From NCBI GenBank assembly GCA_008632985.1, contig QPGO01000110.1, positions 186,001 through 250,000 of the forward strand: 64,000 bases of DNA, read 5' to 3'. Position 1 is the first letter of the stretch. The number at the start of each line of letters is the position of its first letter. This document shows, in pieces, positions 36,894 through 49,713 of this stretch. The notes under the pieces are model-generated. The model saw only the letters and a program-made list of their open reading frames with translations. It was not told the DNA's origin and made no database searches. This stretch comes from Psammoneis japonica (taxonomy: Eukaryota). The position numbers and the translations under genes are program-made.

Positions 36894-39800
36894 ATGGACG
36901 AGCTAGAGCCGTCATTACCGAATCGCTATTTACTTCAAAAGCAGGCCATCGTGGGTGGACCAATAACGAGCGTTGTGTTCTTTCGCAACGGAGAGAGCAT
37001 ACTTTTGCTTGCTGCACAAGGGCCTAACCTGCTGTGCTATTCGCTTTATGAGAAGGATCCGATAGCTTCCTACAAACCCTTTCAAAATGGAGGAACGATT
37101 CATGGCATTAGATTTGGGGATAAAGATGAATTATCTGTATCGAATGATGTAATGTTTGTGTTTGGGGGGCGGCAGTTGGCATTCGTTCGAACAGCAACGA
37201 GTGCTGAAAACGAGCCAAGGTTTACTCCTTTGCATCTAATTCAACCAGATGGTTCATTTCAGTCTGTTATTACTGTTTCTGACTGGATTTGGGATGCAAA
37301 CCTTATTTATGGCAACAGTCGAAACAAAGGCTTGACGTTGGTTGTTGCCATGGCCCACAACGTGGCTCACAAGTTCCAGATTGAAAATCAAGAGGACTGT
37401 TACAGAATTGCGTCCGTCGAAAGAATAGTCTGTTCCAAGAGATGTATCACCTACTCCATGTCACTCTATCGGTCCGCTGCAAATGATTTGCTCATAGCAG
37501 CTGGGACGGTTGAAAACGAAGTGCTGCTATGGACCGTCAGTAGCGTGGACGAAACAGCTGTTGCCGATGATGAAACAAATCCTCCTGTACAATACAAACA
37601 AGTCAATCACGTTTTGAAAGGTCATAAAGGCGTGATTCACTCAGTTACAGTAGCTCAGTGCGGAATGTACGTAGCTTCCACCTCAGACGATCGGACGGTG
37701 CGACTATGGAAACGAATGGAGAACAACAATATTTACAAGTTGATGTGGACGGGATGGGGCCATACCGCCCGAATATGGGATTGCTGCATCACTCGAGGTG
37801 TAGTTATTTCGGTTGGGGAGGATGGGACAGCACGTATATGGAGTTTGTATTCAGGAAATCATAGGGGTGTCTTTCGGGGACAAAGAGTAAAATCATTCTG
37901 GACGGTTGCGTCCCTTCACAAGGGATGCGACTCGGCGTGGATCGCTACAGGTGGTAACGATGGAACGGTCAAGTTGTGGAGCCTATCTGCCTATATTGAG
38001 TCCCTGTACGAGGATGTTGAAAAAGGAGAAGAAGTTCAAGAAGAAACTATTCCGTTACCAAACAACGTGCGTTTGTCTCTTGTTGTGCCGAATGACGACA
38101 AGTCTTCACCTGATGCTCCGAACGATGGCACTACTCAACAGTCAAGTCAAGAAATGCACAATGAATCTGAAGAGCTGATAAATCCTAGTCAAACAAAAAG
38201 TAAGAAGAAGAAGAAAAAGAAGAAGAAACGTGTTGGGCAAGTGGTGTTTGGAATGAAATTTCACAATTCTATCCCAAACGACTATGAGTTACCAGACAAG
38301 TTGCTAGTAGCCACTCGAGCCGGATCGTTGCTCTCGTATGATTTAGCAAATAGCGATTGGACTCGACTCCAACCATGGTTGCCTCCTGTTACCAGTAAGG
38401 AGGACAATGATTCTGTTGGGACTATGAATGGCTCTTGCATTGCAATACACAATCGTGAATCGATCGTTGCAATTGGAACTACTCGTGGTCACGTCGTACT
38501 GGCTAGTTTGCAGGCAACAAAAGATCCTGGTAGTGTTCCAACGACAACACATTCGGAATACGGAAAGTCGGTACAAGGGATAGATTGGCTGGACTCTGAG
38601 ACACTCGTTGTGTTTGACATAAAGGGAGTCGTGATTCTATGGAAGCTCCAGGCCTTCGCAGGAGACCGATTCCAATTGGAACTACAACACGTGCTGCATA
38701 CCGGTACCGTAAGTGTTCCAATGTCATTTGCAAAGTCGCGCGATTTATTGTTTGTGGGTGACAGTCGGGGAAATGTTGTTTTGTTTGACCTCAGCGACAA
38801 CAAGAAGGGCACGAGTCCTACAATTGTTGAACCTCAACACCCAATTGGCACATTCACCCGTGCTCACAAGAAGGAGCACGTTACTGACATGCTCTTTGAT
38901 GAGCACATGCATCTTTTATCCGTCGGAAATGACGGATGTATAAGCGAATGCATTGTTTTTGGGGATGATACGACAAAACCGGTGTGTTACCGAAAAGCAA
39001 CTTCGATTCCAATAGCTTCGCTTTCTGGCATCGCTCGTATTTGGAGATTGCCAAACGGTAGCATTGCAGCAGGTGGTTACTACGGGAATCGCTTTGCCAT
39101 TATCGACGTGACTTCTGGCTTCGAGTTTTGTAAATTTGATACAGGAGGGCGACAGAGAACACTGGACTGTTTTCTTTCAGCCGACGGAAACACAGTATCG
39201 TATGGTATTGCGGTTTGCACCACCTTGAAGGACGGCGCAAACAAAATTCTTCTGAACTACTCTTTCCCAAAAGTAATTCTTGGTCAGACATCCTCAACGA
39301 GGTACAACTTTGGAGTTGGTTTGCATGGTGAAACCATTTTTGACGCATCGTGGTTATGCTTGTCAAATGATACGTTCTTCGTCTTGTCTGGGAGTGAAGA
39401 TTGCTCTGCAAGACTGTCGCTGTATCAATCAAGTGGTACACTGACGCAATCCAGGGTGCTTCAGCCACACGGAAGCGGAATTAGGGCAGTATGTTGTAGC
39501 TTGGGGATACGAGATTCGCTTCTTGTCACAGCTGGAGGCAAGCTATCTGTGCAATTTTATTCTGTCGTTCACAGCCACCGCTCGGCGACGAAGTGTTTTC
39601 CACCAGTCATTTTCTTGGGACGTGGAAGGTACGCCTCGATGAATGATACAATCGATCATCGCATTAACGCAGTGAAGGCGATCCAGCTTCACTGCAACGA
39701 CCGTGGTGAAAATGTTGATGAACCACATTTGGTTGTAACCGGTGATTCAAATGGTGGACTGCACTCCTTTCTAGTTTCAACTACAGATTATGTTCAGCAG

Positions 39801-40487
39801 TCCTCCAAGCCATGTCGACTGCTTCATAGAAGCGAACGCCCAATCTTGTCCTTGGAGCTTGTCAGAATTGACGATTTGCGTCTCCTCCTTTTGGCTGGGA
39901 CCACAAGCGGTGACGTACTTGCATGGATCCTACCTGGGTTTACAGTTGCCTGGGATGATCTTCTAAACATTCCGTCTCTGGCGACATACAAGGCTCATCA
40001 GATGGGAACCAACTCCCTGAGTGCAATGGCGTTTGAACACTTTGCCGACAATGGCAGGGAATTGATGATTTGTATTTGTAGTGGAGGCGACGACCAAGCC
40101 ATTTCTATATGCAAGGCTCGGCTTGAGAGACACGACGAATCCTCTTATGAATCCACCATCAAGATTCTTGACGTCAAAGTGACACGGGAGGCCAGCTCTT
40201 CGGCTATCAAGGGAGTTTGCTTTATCGACCGTGACTTGGTGGTGTCGGTTGGATACAGCCAACAGTTTGCTGTGTGGGTATTGAAGAACAACCAATTATC
40301 TCTAGCTTCGAGTACCCCGGTAGACGTCGGCGATGTAAATTGCCTTTCGTTTTGCGTGCAAGGGAAAGAATCACACTTTAGTGGTGGAGCCATAGGTGTT
40401 GCAGCTGTAGGAGGTGAGGGTTTGGAATTCATCTCTGTTCGTTCAAGTGTTGAATCGAGAATGGAGATACTGATGAAAGATGAATGA
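36894..40487 (+). CDS. WDR6: WD40-repeat protein, WDR6/Trm734-like (tRNA 2'-O-methyltransferase partner)
   Basis: 1197-aa intronless ORF; AAGTV.NEVLLW, LKGHKGVI..STSDDRTVRLW, GHTARIWD, GGRQR, LHG, AHQMGTNSL, SGGDDQAI, SVGYSQQ motifs. Confidence 0.8.
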   Translation: MDELEPSLPNRYLLQKQAIVGGPITSVVFFRNGESILLLAAQGPNLLCYSLYEKDPIASYKPFQNGGTIHGIRFGDKDELSVSNDVMFVFGGRQLAFVRTATSAENEPRFTPLHLIQPDGSFQSVITVSDWIWDANLIYGNSRNKGLTLVVAMAHNVAHKFQIENQEDCYRIASVERIVCSKRCITYSMSLYRSAANDLLIAAGTVENEVLLWTVSSVDETAVADDETNPPVQYKQVNHVLKGHKGVIHSVTVAQCGMYVASTSDDRTVRLWKRMENNNIYKLMWTGWGHTARIWDCCITRGVVISVGEDGTARIWSLYSGNHRGVFRGQRVKSFWTVASLHKGCDSAWIATGGNDGTVKLWSLSAYIESLYEDVEKGEEVQEETIPLPNNVRLSLVVPNDDKSSPDAPNDGTTQQSSQEMHNESEELINPSQTKSKKKKKKKKKRVGQVVFGMKFHNSIPNDYELPDKLLVATRAGSLLSYDLANSDWTRLQPWLPPVTSKEDNDSVGTMNGSCIAIHNRESIVAIGTTRGHVVLASLQATKDPGSVPTTTHSEYGKSVQGIDWLDSETLVVFDIKGVVILWKLQAFAGDRFQLELQHVLHTGTVSVPMSFAKSRDLLFVGDSRGNVVLFDLSDNKKGTSPTIVEPQHPIGTFTRAHKKEHVTDMLFDEHMHLLSVGNDGCISECIVFGDDTTKPVCYRKATSIPIASLSGIARIWRLPNGSIAAGGYYGNRFAIIDVTSGFEFCKFDTGGRQRTLDCFLSADGNTVSYGIAVCTTLKDGANKILLNYSFPKVILGQTSSTRYNFGVGLHGETIFDASWLCLSNDTFFVLSGSEDCSARLSLYQSSGTLTQSRVLQPHGSGIRAVCCSLGIRDSLLVTAGGKLSVQFYSVVHSHRSATKCFPPVIFLGRGRYASMNDTIDHRINAVKAIQLHCNDRGENVDEPHLVVTGDSNGGLHSFLVSTTDYVQQSSKPCRLLHRSERPILSLELVRIDDLRLLLLAGTTSGDVLAWILPGFTVAWDDLLNIPSLATYKAHQMGTNSLSAMAFEHFADNGRELMICICSGGDDQAISICKARLERHDESSYESTIKILDVKVTREASSSAIKGVCFIDRDLVVSVGYSQQFAVWVLKNNQLSLASSTPVDVGDVNCLSFCVQGKESHFSGGAIGVAAVGGEGLEFISVRSSVESRMEILMKDE

Positions 40488-40650
40488 TTACTTGGAAGTT
40501 GACGGTGTAGATCAAAATGATGCAAGGGTATTTATACTGAAATGCGCATCAGGCGCGTTTTGTAGCTAGAAGTTCAATAATAATAGCGTTCTTGGTTCTT
40601 GCTTTTCCCGGCTTCAGCATCGGTGTTGCGGAAACTGGACAAGACGTTGG

Positions 40651-41208
40651 TTACATGTCCAGAAGGAAAATCCCGTCAATAGAGGCTTCAAGTGACAGCC
40701 CATCACGAACACTTGAATCTGGAGAAAGAGTGCATTGAGAACACGAAGCCTGTTGTATTCGTTCTCGACGGGAAAGCCTGTCCAGCGAATGGTCGGTTGC
40801 CTGGAGTGCATGATTTAAAACGATGCTGTCTTCTCTGTTGAGGCGTGCATTTTTCTTCCTCCTTTGCTGCTTCTTGATACCGTCAACAATTCGTTTACAC
40901 ATGCAAAAGTCTCTATATTGTGCCATTTCTTCGTTTTGTGCGAGTTGAATTTCGGATTCCGTCCGTGTCAAGTGCGAAACGATCGGAATTGGTCTTGATG
41001 ATTCTGCCATGGTTGAACGTTGTTTGGGGGAGTTCTTATCGTTCGCTGTTGCACCTGAAAAGCCAATCTGCGTAGTTTCGCTCCTATTGTTCATTGATTG
41101 TGGACACACGACAAAGATCCTGGGCTGGCTTTGGCTCGGAGAAGTGTCAACTTCGATTGCGGTCATTGTTTTGTGAAGGGTCGACGTTGCTGTCACGCCC
41201 GCTATCAT
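40651..41208 (-). CDS. Hypothetical protein of a diatom-type family (SRPIPI..RTESEIQL..E.MAQYRD.CM..RIVDG..IFLLDM)
   Basis: 185-aa ORF with normal composition. Confidence 0.65.
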   Translation of the reverse strand: MIAGVTATSTLHKTMTAIEVDTSPSQSQPRIFVVCPQSMNNRSETTQIGFSGATANDKNSPKQRSTMAESSRPIPIVSHLTRTESEIQLAQNEEMAQYRDFCMCKRIVDGIKKQQRRKKNARLNREDSIVLNHALQATDHSLDRLSRRERIQQASCSQCTLSPDSSVRDGLSLEASIDGIFLLDM

Positions 41209-42658
41209 TTCCCGCGCAAAGGATGGGAAAAAAAAAGCATGTCAAGAAACGGGACATCTTCGTGACACCAGTTATGTGACACGTCATTCGGAATCAATTT
41301 GATTGGAGCATGGAAGCGAAGTCCTTCGGATTCGCAGGTGGTGAAAGTGACTATTTAAGTAGCTTGAAGATATAGTTTGTTGCTGACGTTAGCTTCTAAA
41401 TTCTTCATATGTGAACTTGTTCGATGGAATCGAATCGGTAAACGAGTTCACAACAGACAAGTTGTTCTTCTGCAACATGCCGTCTTGCATGTCCCTCGTC
41501 CTTATGAGACAACCAGCAGACCCCCCCCCACAACACTGTTCCACCCAACCAACAATGTTCTGCTGGAAATCTTGCAACCCAGAACCTGGGCAAGAAATGC
41601 AGCGCTTGGAGTTGAAAACAGAAAAATGACCAGATGTTTGTCTCGTGCTGTTGCCAGCTTGTGGCTTTGTGCTTAGAAAATGAACAAGCCCAGCCCACAC
41701 CCAACAGGAGATGCCAAAATCACAGGCCGCAAAATCAATCAAGCGCCAATCTCCGACAGCATGTGGCATGTGGCACATGACCAAAAAGTCTCATGTCACA
41801 AGGAGTGTGCAGTGCTGGCACAATGGCTGGCCCAGAGCTGTGGAGCACATTTTCCTTTGAAAAACCAAAGAAAAATGAAGCAGCTGACACTCAAAACACT
41901 GCCAAGAAAATTTGCAGTTGGCGCACAACATTTTGCACAGAAAGCACATGGTGCAGAAGAGTGAAAAGGCAAAGAGCATCATTGCCATGGTGGCAACAAT
42001 TCTGCCAAATGTGTGCACAAAACAGAGCATCCCTTCAGGACCTTTGGCGTCTCTGTTGTTGGCGCAACTGCCCCATGACCCGCACAGCGTCCCCGGGAAA
42101 GCTGGGGCATGATGTCCAATCACACACATGGGACAATCCTGCAGATGCTTGTGCAGAGTTGCAGTCCAAGGGTTTCATGTCAACAGCCACAACAAGCAAG
42201 TTGTGCAGTGGCAGGAAATTTAAAATGCCCGTCAGCTGTGAGGGGGGCCTCTGATGACTCTGGCACATGTGAGGGCCGGAACAGGAGGGGCAGCAAGTTG
42301 TCAACATCTGCCAAGGAAGACATCAATGTCCTGGGTCTCCAAAGCAGGTGCAGAGAACAAGTGGTGGCCATGTGTGTTGCAAAAAGCAGCAAGCAGTTTT
42401 GTGCAATTTTGGGTTGACCGCTGTCTGGACAAGTTCTTCAAGTTGCCTGAGCAGCCACACAGATCACAGCAATGATCAGCCCATCCAAGCAAAGACACTG
42501 TCAATGCAGCCAAAAAGAACAAATGTGGGCTGGGGCAGCACAAATGTTCTTTGAAAACCTGTCTTTGTTGCCACCTCACATTTTTGGGGAGACAGAGCTG
42601 CAACTCCGCTGTTGGAAAGACACAAGTCAGATTTCCAAACCACAAAACAACGGCTTTG

Positions 42659-42854
42659 TGTCAGCCTGCTCATCCACATGTCGTGTGATGGACAGACTGG
42701 ATGCGGATGATGGCTGGACCATTTGGACAGATGAGCAGATCTCTCTGAGATCTGCTTCTCACTTTCTCATCTGCTGGTGCTTGTGTTGTCACAGTCCTGG
42801 TGCTTCAGGGAGTCTTTCATGCCTCCATCATCATTGACCTTCGGCATTCTGTCA
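42659..42854 (+). repeat. 5' LTR
   Basis: tgtcagcc...ttctgtca; matches 51135-51330 at 176/196 with no indels. Confidence 0.97.
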
Positions 42855-43032
42855 GGTTGTGGCCTTGCGCTGTGCCACAGACCTCTGCACCAAGCTTTCC
42901 ATTTTGACCCATTTGTTTTGTGAGCCGATCGAGCGAGCCTCATTGTCTGATCAGACAACTTTTTATCTCACTTTCCCGGCATTTTTTACGCTCGTAGAAA
43001 CGTGCCAGATTTCTGTGCGTGCATGACCAAAA

Positions 43033-45083
43033 ATGGCTCCACCAACTAAAACCATGGCGTCTTCCGACCCCACAAAGCCCGCTCTTTCATCCATTGCAGA
43101 GATCCACTGCGAATTCGAGGCACATGCAACGACGCCACATCTGCACAATTGCCTGAACACGATTCATGCGGACTCCATGACTGATCTTGACCCGTTCTTT
43201 GACGACCCAGAGCACACGCAACCCAAGAAAATTTTGCGGACACACTTCGTGATTGCTTCATCCATGAAGCATTTCCACCCTGCACAGCTGATCCTGCGGA
43301 TGTGCAATCAATCAAGACGATTGTGGATCAAGCCCCGTTCCGACTTGTTGACTCTCAAAGACCTCGTCCAGTCCGTTTGACAACTCCGATCTTGTCAAAG
43401 ATGATCAAGACGAATCTCCTGAACAATGAGCAATCTTTGTTTGTTCTCATCTCCACCCAACACACATGTGTTGATCTGGACATGACATGGAATTGTTGCA
43501 ATTGGAACGAATTCTCGCTCACACCCCACCAGCAGAATTAGCAGCCTCCGTCTTCTTCTCAGAAAACTGCAGGACCTGCTACATTGACTGTGAGTGACTT
43601 GGTCAACGCACTCAATGCATGCGCGTCGAGCCATGCTCCGCCTTCTACAGCTTCTGCCAAGACATCTGGAAGCACCACATCTTCTGCAACATCGAAATGC
43701 CTCTTCAATCCGAACACACTACCTCCAGATGTTTGTGCACGCTGCGACCGCAAAGAAGATGGAAAAGTCACTCTTCAGAGCTCTCTCATCCCTTGTGACC
43801 ATGGATTCCATCACTGTGTTGATTCATCCAATCGCATCATCCTCAACGATGGCACCCTTTTTATCATGAGCTCGACTCCTGACCAGAAAATGTTGTTCAG
43901 GGAACCTCCTGCATGTCATGACGACTCTCCCCCTGGGATGCGAGCATGGCATCAAAATTTCCAACGTCATGCCTTTGATTCAGGACACTGCACACATCCA
44001 CTGTGGTGTTTCAGCAAGGACCACGGTGGTGAGAAGGGCTTCGAGATCGGAAACGGCAAGGATGATGACTTGCCTCAACGCATGTGTGTCCACTGCAAGG
44101 AGGCTCAGAGCTCTCCACACAAGATCCTGTCCAAGTCGGATGTGTTCCCCAAAAACAGCAAATGTTGTGGGATTGTTGCATCATGCTGCGGCAATGGACA
44201 CAAGGCTCTCAAGCAGATTGTCTGCGAGAATCATCCTGCTTTTGACCACGATGCTGCTGGACTGGTTGACTCCCATCCTGTCCAAGGCAATCATTCATTG
44301 ACAGACTGCCACATGATCTTCAATGATTTCCTGCAGCTGCGTGCCTACATTTTTGATGCGGACTCTACGTTGAATGATCCACGAGAGATGACTGTTGTTG
44401 TCAAGAACACCAAGCACTCCAAGTTCTTGTCTCGAGCCACCAGAGATGAACGGAAGTCTCCAGCTGTGCAGAAGAAGTGCGCGGATGCACAGATTGTCGA
44501 GACTCTCTCTGATTTCCTCCACCTGCCAGATGGTCCATTCCTTGCCACTCGTACGACGCAATCCAATCCCTGCTGTACATGGAATCGAGCAGCTGCTGAT
44601 GCGCGACGCACACCTGTCAATGTCAATGCTCTCGAGATCCCTGAGATGCCCACTCATGAACCAGTCGATGAATCTGCCACTGAAGATGCTGGCACGGAGT
44701 CTCCGCCTCCGGATGCATTTGATGCTCTTTGCGATGAATTGCACAAACTCGAGATCCCTTCTACGGACGAAGATCGACTTCTTCACCATGCACACTCAGC
44801 TTCAGTTTATAAACTGAAAAATGCTCCAAATGAAGCCTCCAAGAAACCATGTCTTGTCTGCTCCGGAGAGCATTTATTTGATGACTGTCCGGTCCTGAAG
44901 AACAACCCGTACATCAAGGGATTTCACATCCGTTTTTGTCAATTCTTAAAGCGGGAAGCAGCTGTGCGTGCTTCTGAGTTTCAAGGACCCCAAGGATCAC
45001 TCCCACCCCATCATGAACACCCTGAAAATCCGCCCAAGTCTGGCACTCCACCCTCGGATTTTCAATCGGGCCATCGCAGCTAG
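43033..45083 (+). pseudogene. Copia gag (disrupted)
   Basis: ORFs 43033-43380 and 43584-45083; zinc knuckle CLVCSGEHLFDDC. Confidence 0.8.
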
Positions 45084-47178
45084 TTTCGGATCTCCGACGC
45101 TGCCCGTTTTCTCCTCACCGAGACAAGACTAACGTCAGCGGGATGACCTTGAAAGAGGGACTAACCGTCTCGTCATCTGCCACTGAAATGCCTCTTTCCT
45201 CGCAAATTGATGTGGATGCCACCCCTTCCACCACCGCGACGATGTCATTTGATGCCAGCAAGTCACCAGATGATGACCCTGCTCTTCAAGAACCTGCCGT
45301 CGATGCTGCACCTGCTCCGGATCCTTTGGAACAGGGGAGGGAAGACCCAGAAACACCAGATTTTGAGGAACATGTTGACCTCACCTACGATGACATGGCT
45401 GTTGAAGATGGTTTTGCTGCCGTCAATTCTGTTCGTGTTGCTCCGATGGATTCATGCCGAATGAGTCACTCTCCTCAGCCAGAACTGCTCCGCTCCACTT
45501 GTTCTGTCAATGGGGTAAATTTTGCTCCGAATGAGCGTTGTGCCCAGTTGGACACTGGTGCTGATGTTGCATGTGCAGGCGACCGTGACCTCCTCCGCCG
45601 ACACCAAGACTTCACTCCGTCCCATCCCTGTCCCCTTGCCGTCAATCCGGCACTTGGCCACCAAGCTGTCCCAGTTGGATTTGGATGTCTTCACATCCCT
45701 GCAGAGAACTCTGCCGGATGTGTTGAGGTTCGTGCATGCTGCCACCCACAGATTCAATCTACGTTGGTCGATGAGCGACTCCTCCTTCGTCAAAATGGTT
45801 CTCGTTGTGCAGATTGCAATGTGGACTGCACCCTCAAGTTCCATGATCTCGGTTCCTGCAAGTTTGTTGCACGACACCGATTGCGCAAGAATCAGGACAT
45901 CATTGTCCATGGGAAATTGATGAACAGCAAATGCTTCACTCACCCTCTCATCCTCCCGGAATCCAATGATGAATTGGACGCATCTGTTGAGCGCCTCAAG
46001 ACCAGTGACCCTTCCTTTGCCAATGAGTGTGAAGCAGTTTCTGTGCACATGATTGAAACACATCGTGCCCGCCAACATGACGCTCTTCGTGCTGAACACA
46101 AGTTGATCCCCAGAGTGCATCAGGATGTTCCTTTTGAGCAGCATGCGGAGAAGACTGTTCCTGTGCAATCTCTCAAGGCCGACACGGAACGCCTTTTATG
46201 GCATCAGCGACTTGGTCATCTGAGTGATCACCACCTTTGTCATGCCCATGAACACATTGACGGCATCCCCAAGTTTGCCCACGGAACTTCTCCTCTTGAC
46301 ACTTGTCCCACATGCATGCAAGCCAAGCAGACAAAGGAACCTGCTGGTCCGAACACTGCTCTTGCTGCCACCCAACCACACCAAGGCCTCACGGTTGATT
46401 TTTCTTTCTCTGGCCTGCGGTCCAAGAACTCGGAGCGCACTGAAGACTGTGTTGGATTGAATGGCGAGACTTGTTGGATCACTGTCTACGATCATAAAAC
46501 GAAGCATCTCCATGGTGCGACCCGGGTCTCCAAGGCAACCCCTTTGAATTGGCTTCACCACTTTCTGGAAGAGCACTCGCCAAAATGTCCAGACAAACAT
46601 GCATTTGTGGATCAAGGAGGTGAATTGCATCAAAACCCAGAGGTTCGGTGACTTTTCGAGGATGACTTTCACTGTGCAATTTGTCCTGCAGGAAAAGATG
46701 CTTCAAACCAGAGTGGCCCAGTGGAGCGCAGTCATTTGACTGTTGCCAATGCCATCTGGGCGATGCTCATCGGTGCCAACTTGCCCACAAAATTCTGGCC
46801 CTGTGCTTTTCATCATTTCATTCGAATTGGCAACGCTGTGCCATCCCGCGGACAAACTGCTGCCCCGATTGCTCTTGCCACTGGTCGGAAGGATGATTTC
46901 AAGAACTTTTGTACATTTGGTTGTTGAGCATGGGTGCGTGCGTTGAATCACCGCCCAGCAAAATTTTGGTCTGTTTCTCGCAAGGGCACATTCTTGGGCC
47001 ATCTTCCGGACACTGCCAAGAACATCCTTTGGTGTGACATTGAGACATCGCGTGTCAAGCTTGCCAAGCACATTCGTTGTGATGAGGGCATGAATGATCT
47101 GCCCCACGACTCTCTCCCACCGAATGTGGTTCACTTGGAACACACTCAAGATGGCAAGGCTTTGCCTGCCGAGACTGA

Positions 47179-48220
47179 CATCCGCCGTCGGATGCGACGC
47201 ACCCACGATGCCTGGCACCCGGATGCCAACCTCTCACTCTATCGTCTCTCACCAACTGCGCCTCTCCTCATCTTTCCGGTCTTCACAGGTCCAACACGCA
47301 ACGGCCACTGGTCCACGCTCGTACGCCTTCGCCCCATCCCCAACGGAGCGGTGCGTTTCATGCACCTCGACAGCCTGTGCAGCAGGGACAGAACTGCAGC
47401 CCTGGAGCGAGTCTTGCAAAGTGCCATTGATCAAGACAACGACACTCCCGCCCTGTGGAAAACCGGCCCCACCAACTGGATGCCGGCGCACACCCCTCAA
47501 CAGACTGAAGGCGGACTGGATTGTGGGGCATGGACCATTGTGTGCATTGTCCTTGTCCTCCAGGCATGGCGACGTGACCCGACGAACCTGATCACTGCTC
47601 ACACCCTACGAGTGCGCACCCGAGTGCCCAACGATGATGAGCTCGGCTTGCAACTGTGACAATTGCTGCGCCTGTTCATCACAACCTGCCAGGCCAAACA
47701 TGCACAACAATTTGAAACGCTGCTGGAACTGCTCGCCTTCCGATCATGACATGACCTTTGCTGCACTGCCCCTGCCACTGCCCGGCGCATGTGACAAGCG
47801 ACGCGCTGGGTGGCAATTTGACGGAACCATCAATGTCCCTCGGAGCTGACCAGACACATGACCGTCAACATGGTGGGGATCAGCAGTGCCAGGGGACATG
47901 AAAACCTGGGGGGCCTCGCTGTGCAATGCAGCCCCAGGTTCCCTGCCACCTTTTGAGATGACAGGGCGGGGTGACACTCGTGGAGCCCGCCCTGGGCACA
48001 ACGTCCCAGAGACCTCTTTCGGGACCTGAGCGGGCGCCTTTGACCATGCGTGTCAAGGGCGCTGACTGCCTGCAGGAGACTTGGTTTTTGCCACATGGCA
48101 GCCCTCTGGAGGTGACACGTGCTTTTGTGGTTGCCAGGTCCCCTGGCATGAACCAGGGAGAGCACAAAGAATGCTGCCGCCTTAGCCTGCTTAAAACAGA
48201 TCCCCACACACACACACACA
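47179..48220 (+). mobile_element. 5'-truncated non-LTR retroelement-like insertion carrying a Ulp1/C48-type protease fragment, (CA)8 tail, 14-bp TSD
   Basis: cctgccgagactga (47165-47178) / cctgccaagactga (48221-48234); NGHW..HLDSL..PQQTEGGLDCG; excision restores pol (LPAETE-ESTMDEL). Confidence 0.85.
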
Positions 48221-49713
48221 CCTGCCAAGACTGAAGAATCTACGATGGATGAGCTTCACTTTCATGGGAATCCTTTTGCCAAGACCATTGCGCGCACAAT
48301 GAAGGGACCGTTTGCTGATCCGACATTTGGACTCTCCTTGGCTACGGACGATCTCCATCGGCGCGTGTTTGTTTCTGACATTGAGCGTGGTTCTCCTGCT
48401 GCACGTCTTTTCTCTTCTTTGAAGGCCACCCGCAACAAGATCAAGGGTGCGCATGTCGCATCGATTGATGATCATCCTGTCTTCATGACAGAGGAGGCTG
48501 TCAAATGTTTTCAACAAGTCCATGATTCAGGCAAGACTCACTTTGAAATCGACTTTGCGCCGGAACGTCAACTGGACTCCCAGGCTCTACAACGTGCCCT
48601 GATGGAACATGACATCCATGCACCAACTCCTGACCCTGATGATGAACATGTCCCGGAAATTGCCGCTGCTGACACACGCACCATTGCTGCCATCCGTCAC
48701 CCTGACAATGATTTTTCTGATGTGGACGATGATGACGTCCCTCCGCCGATCCACGTCGACTGCGACAATGGTGTGGTCAACACATGTGCTGTTTCATCTC
48801 ACGCGATTGCTCTGGAGGAACAAGCGTCAGGTGCTTTCACTCACCATCCTCTCAAGAAGTTGGACACCTGGCCCGAATGGCATGCGGGTGAATTCAAACA
48901 ACTTGACCAATTTCATGAGTTGGGGATGTTTGGTGCACTGATTAAACGTCCGAAGGATGCCACAGTCCTTTGTCCACATTGGCAACATGATCTCAAGCAT
49001 GATGGTGCGCGATGATCTTGACAATGCTGCAATGGATCTCCACGTGCTGCGTCGATCCTCCACCGTCTTCATTTGACCTGCTCCTCTTGTGTGGAACAAC
49101 CCATCCAACGCATGTTTTTTGCCCTTGCTGCAACCATGAGCTGCCCTGCACATGGTGGCGATGCTCGGGATGCATGTTCACACTCTCCGCGACCATCACA
49201 CCCTGTCTGTGTTGCCATTGACGAAGCATGCGCGACTTGGTGCAAGGCTCGGTTTGGTGTTGATTTGGATGGGACCGTGGTGCTTCCAGTGCAACACGCC
49301 CTTCAGGGACACCCAGAAGCTGGCGTGCTCTGGGAGACGCACATCAACAGCATTTTGTCCGATGTGAATCTACTTTTTCGCAATGCTGCTCATGACAAAT
49401 GCATCCATTCTGCTGCTTTTGAGGGACACAAGATCTTGCTCCTCCGTCAGGTTGATGACTTCTCCCTTGCGTGTCCTGAAGAGTCCCTTGCGATCAAGAC
49501 ATGTGACAAGATTGGCAAAGCTCTTCAATTGGAATCGGAAACTTCCCCGCCTTTCAAGCATCTTGGCATGATTGAAGAGTTCAATGGTGTGGACATTCAT
49601 CAACACATGATGATTCCATTGGTGTTGCTGTTCACAGCTGTGTTGATCGGGTTTGTACCTCGCATGGATGGTCGACACCGACAGACGAAGAACTCGACGA
49701 TGACTGCAAGGCT

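Noticed and set aside
46934..47659. Apparent Copia integrase-Ulp1 protease fusion ORF
   Set aside because: Chance in-frame junction created by the nested insertion bounded by a 14-bp TSD.
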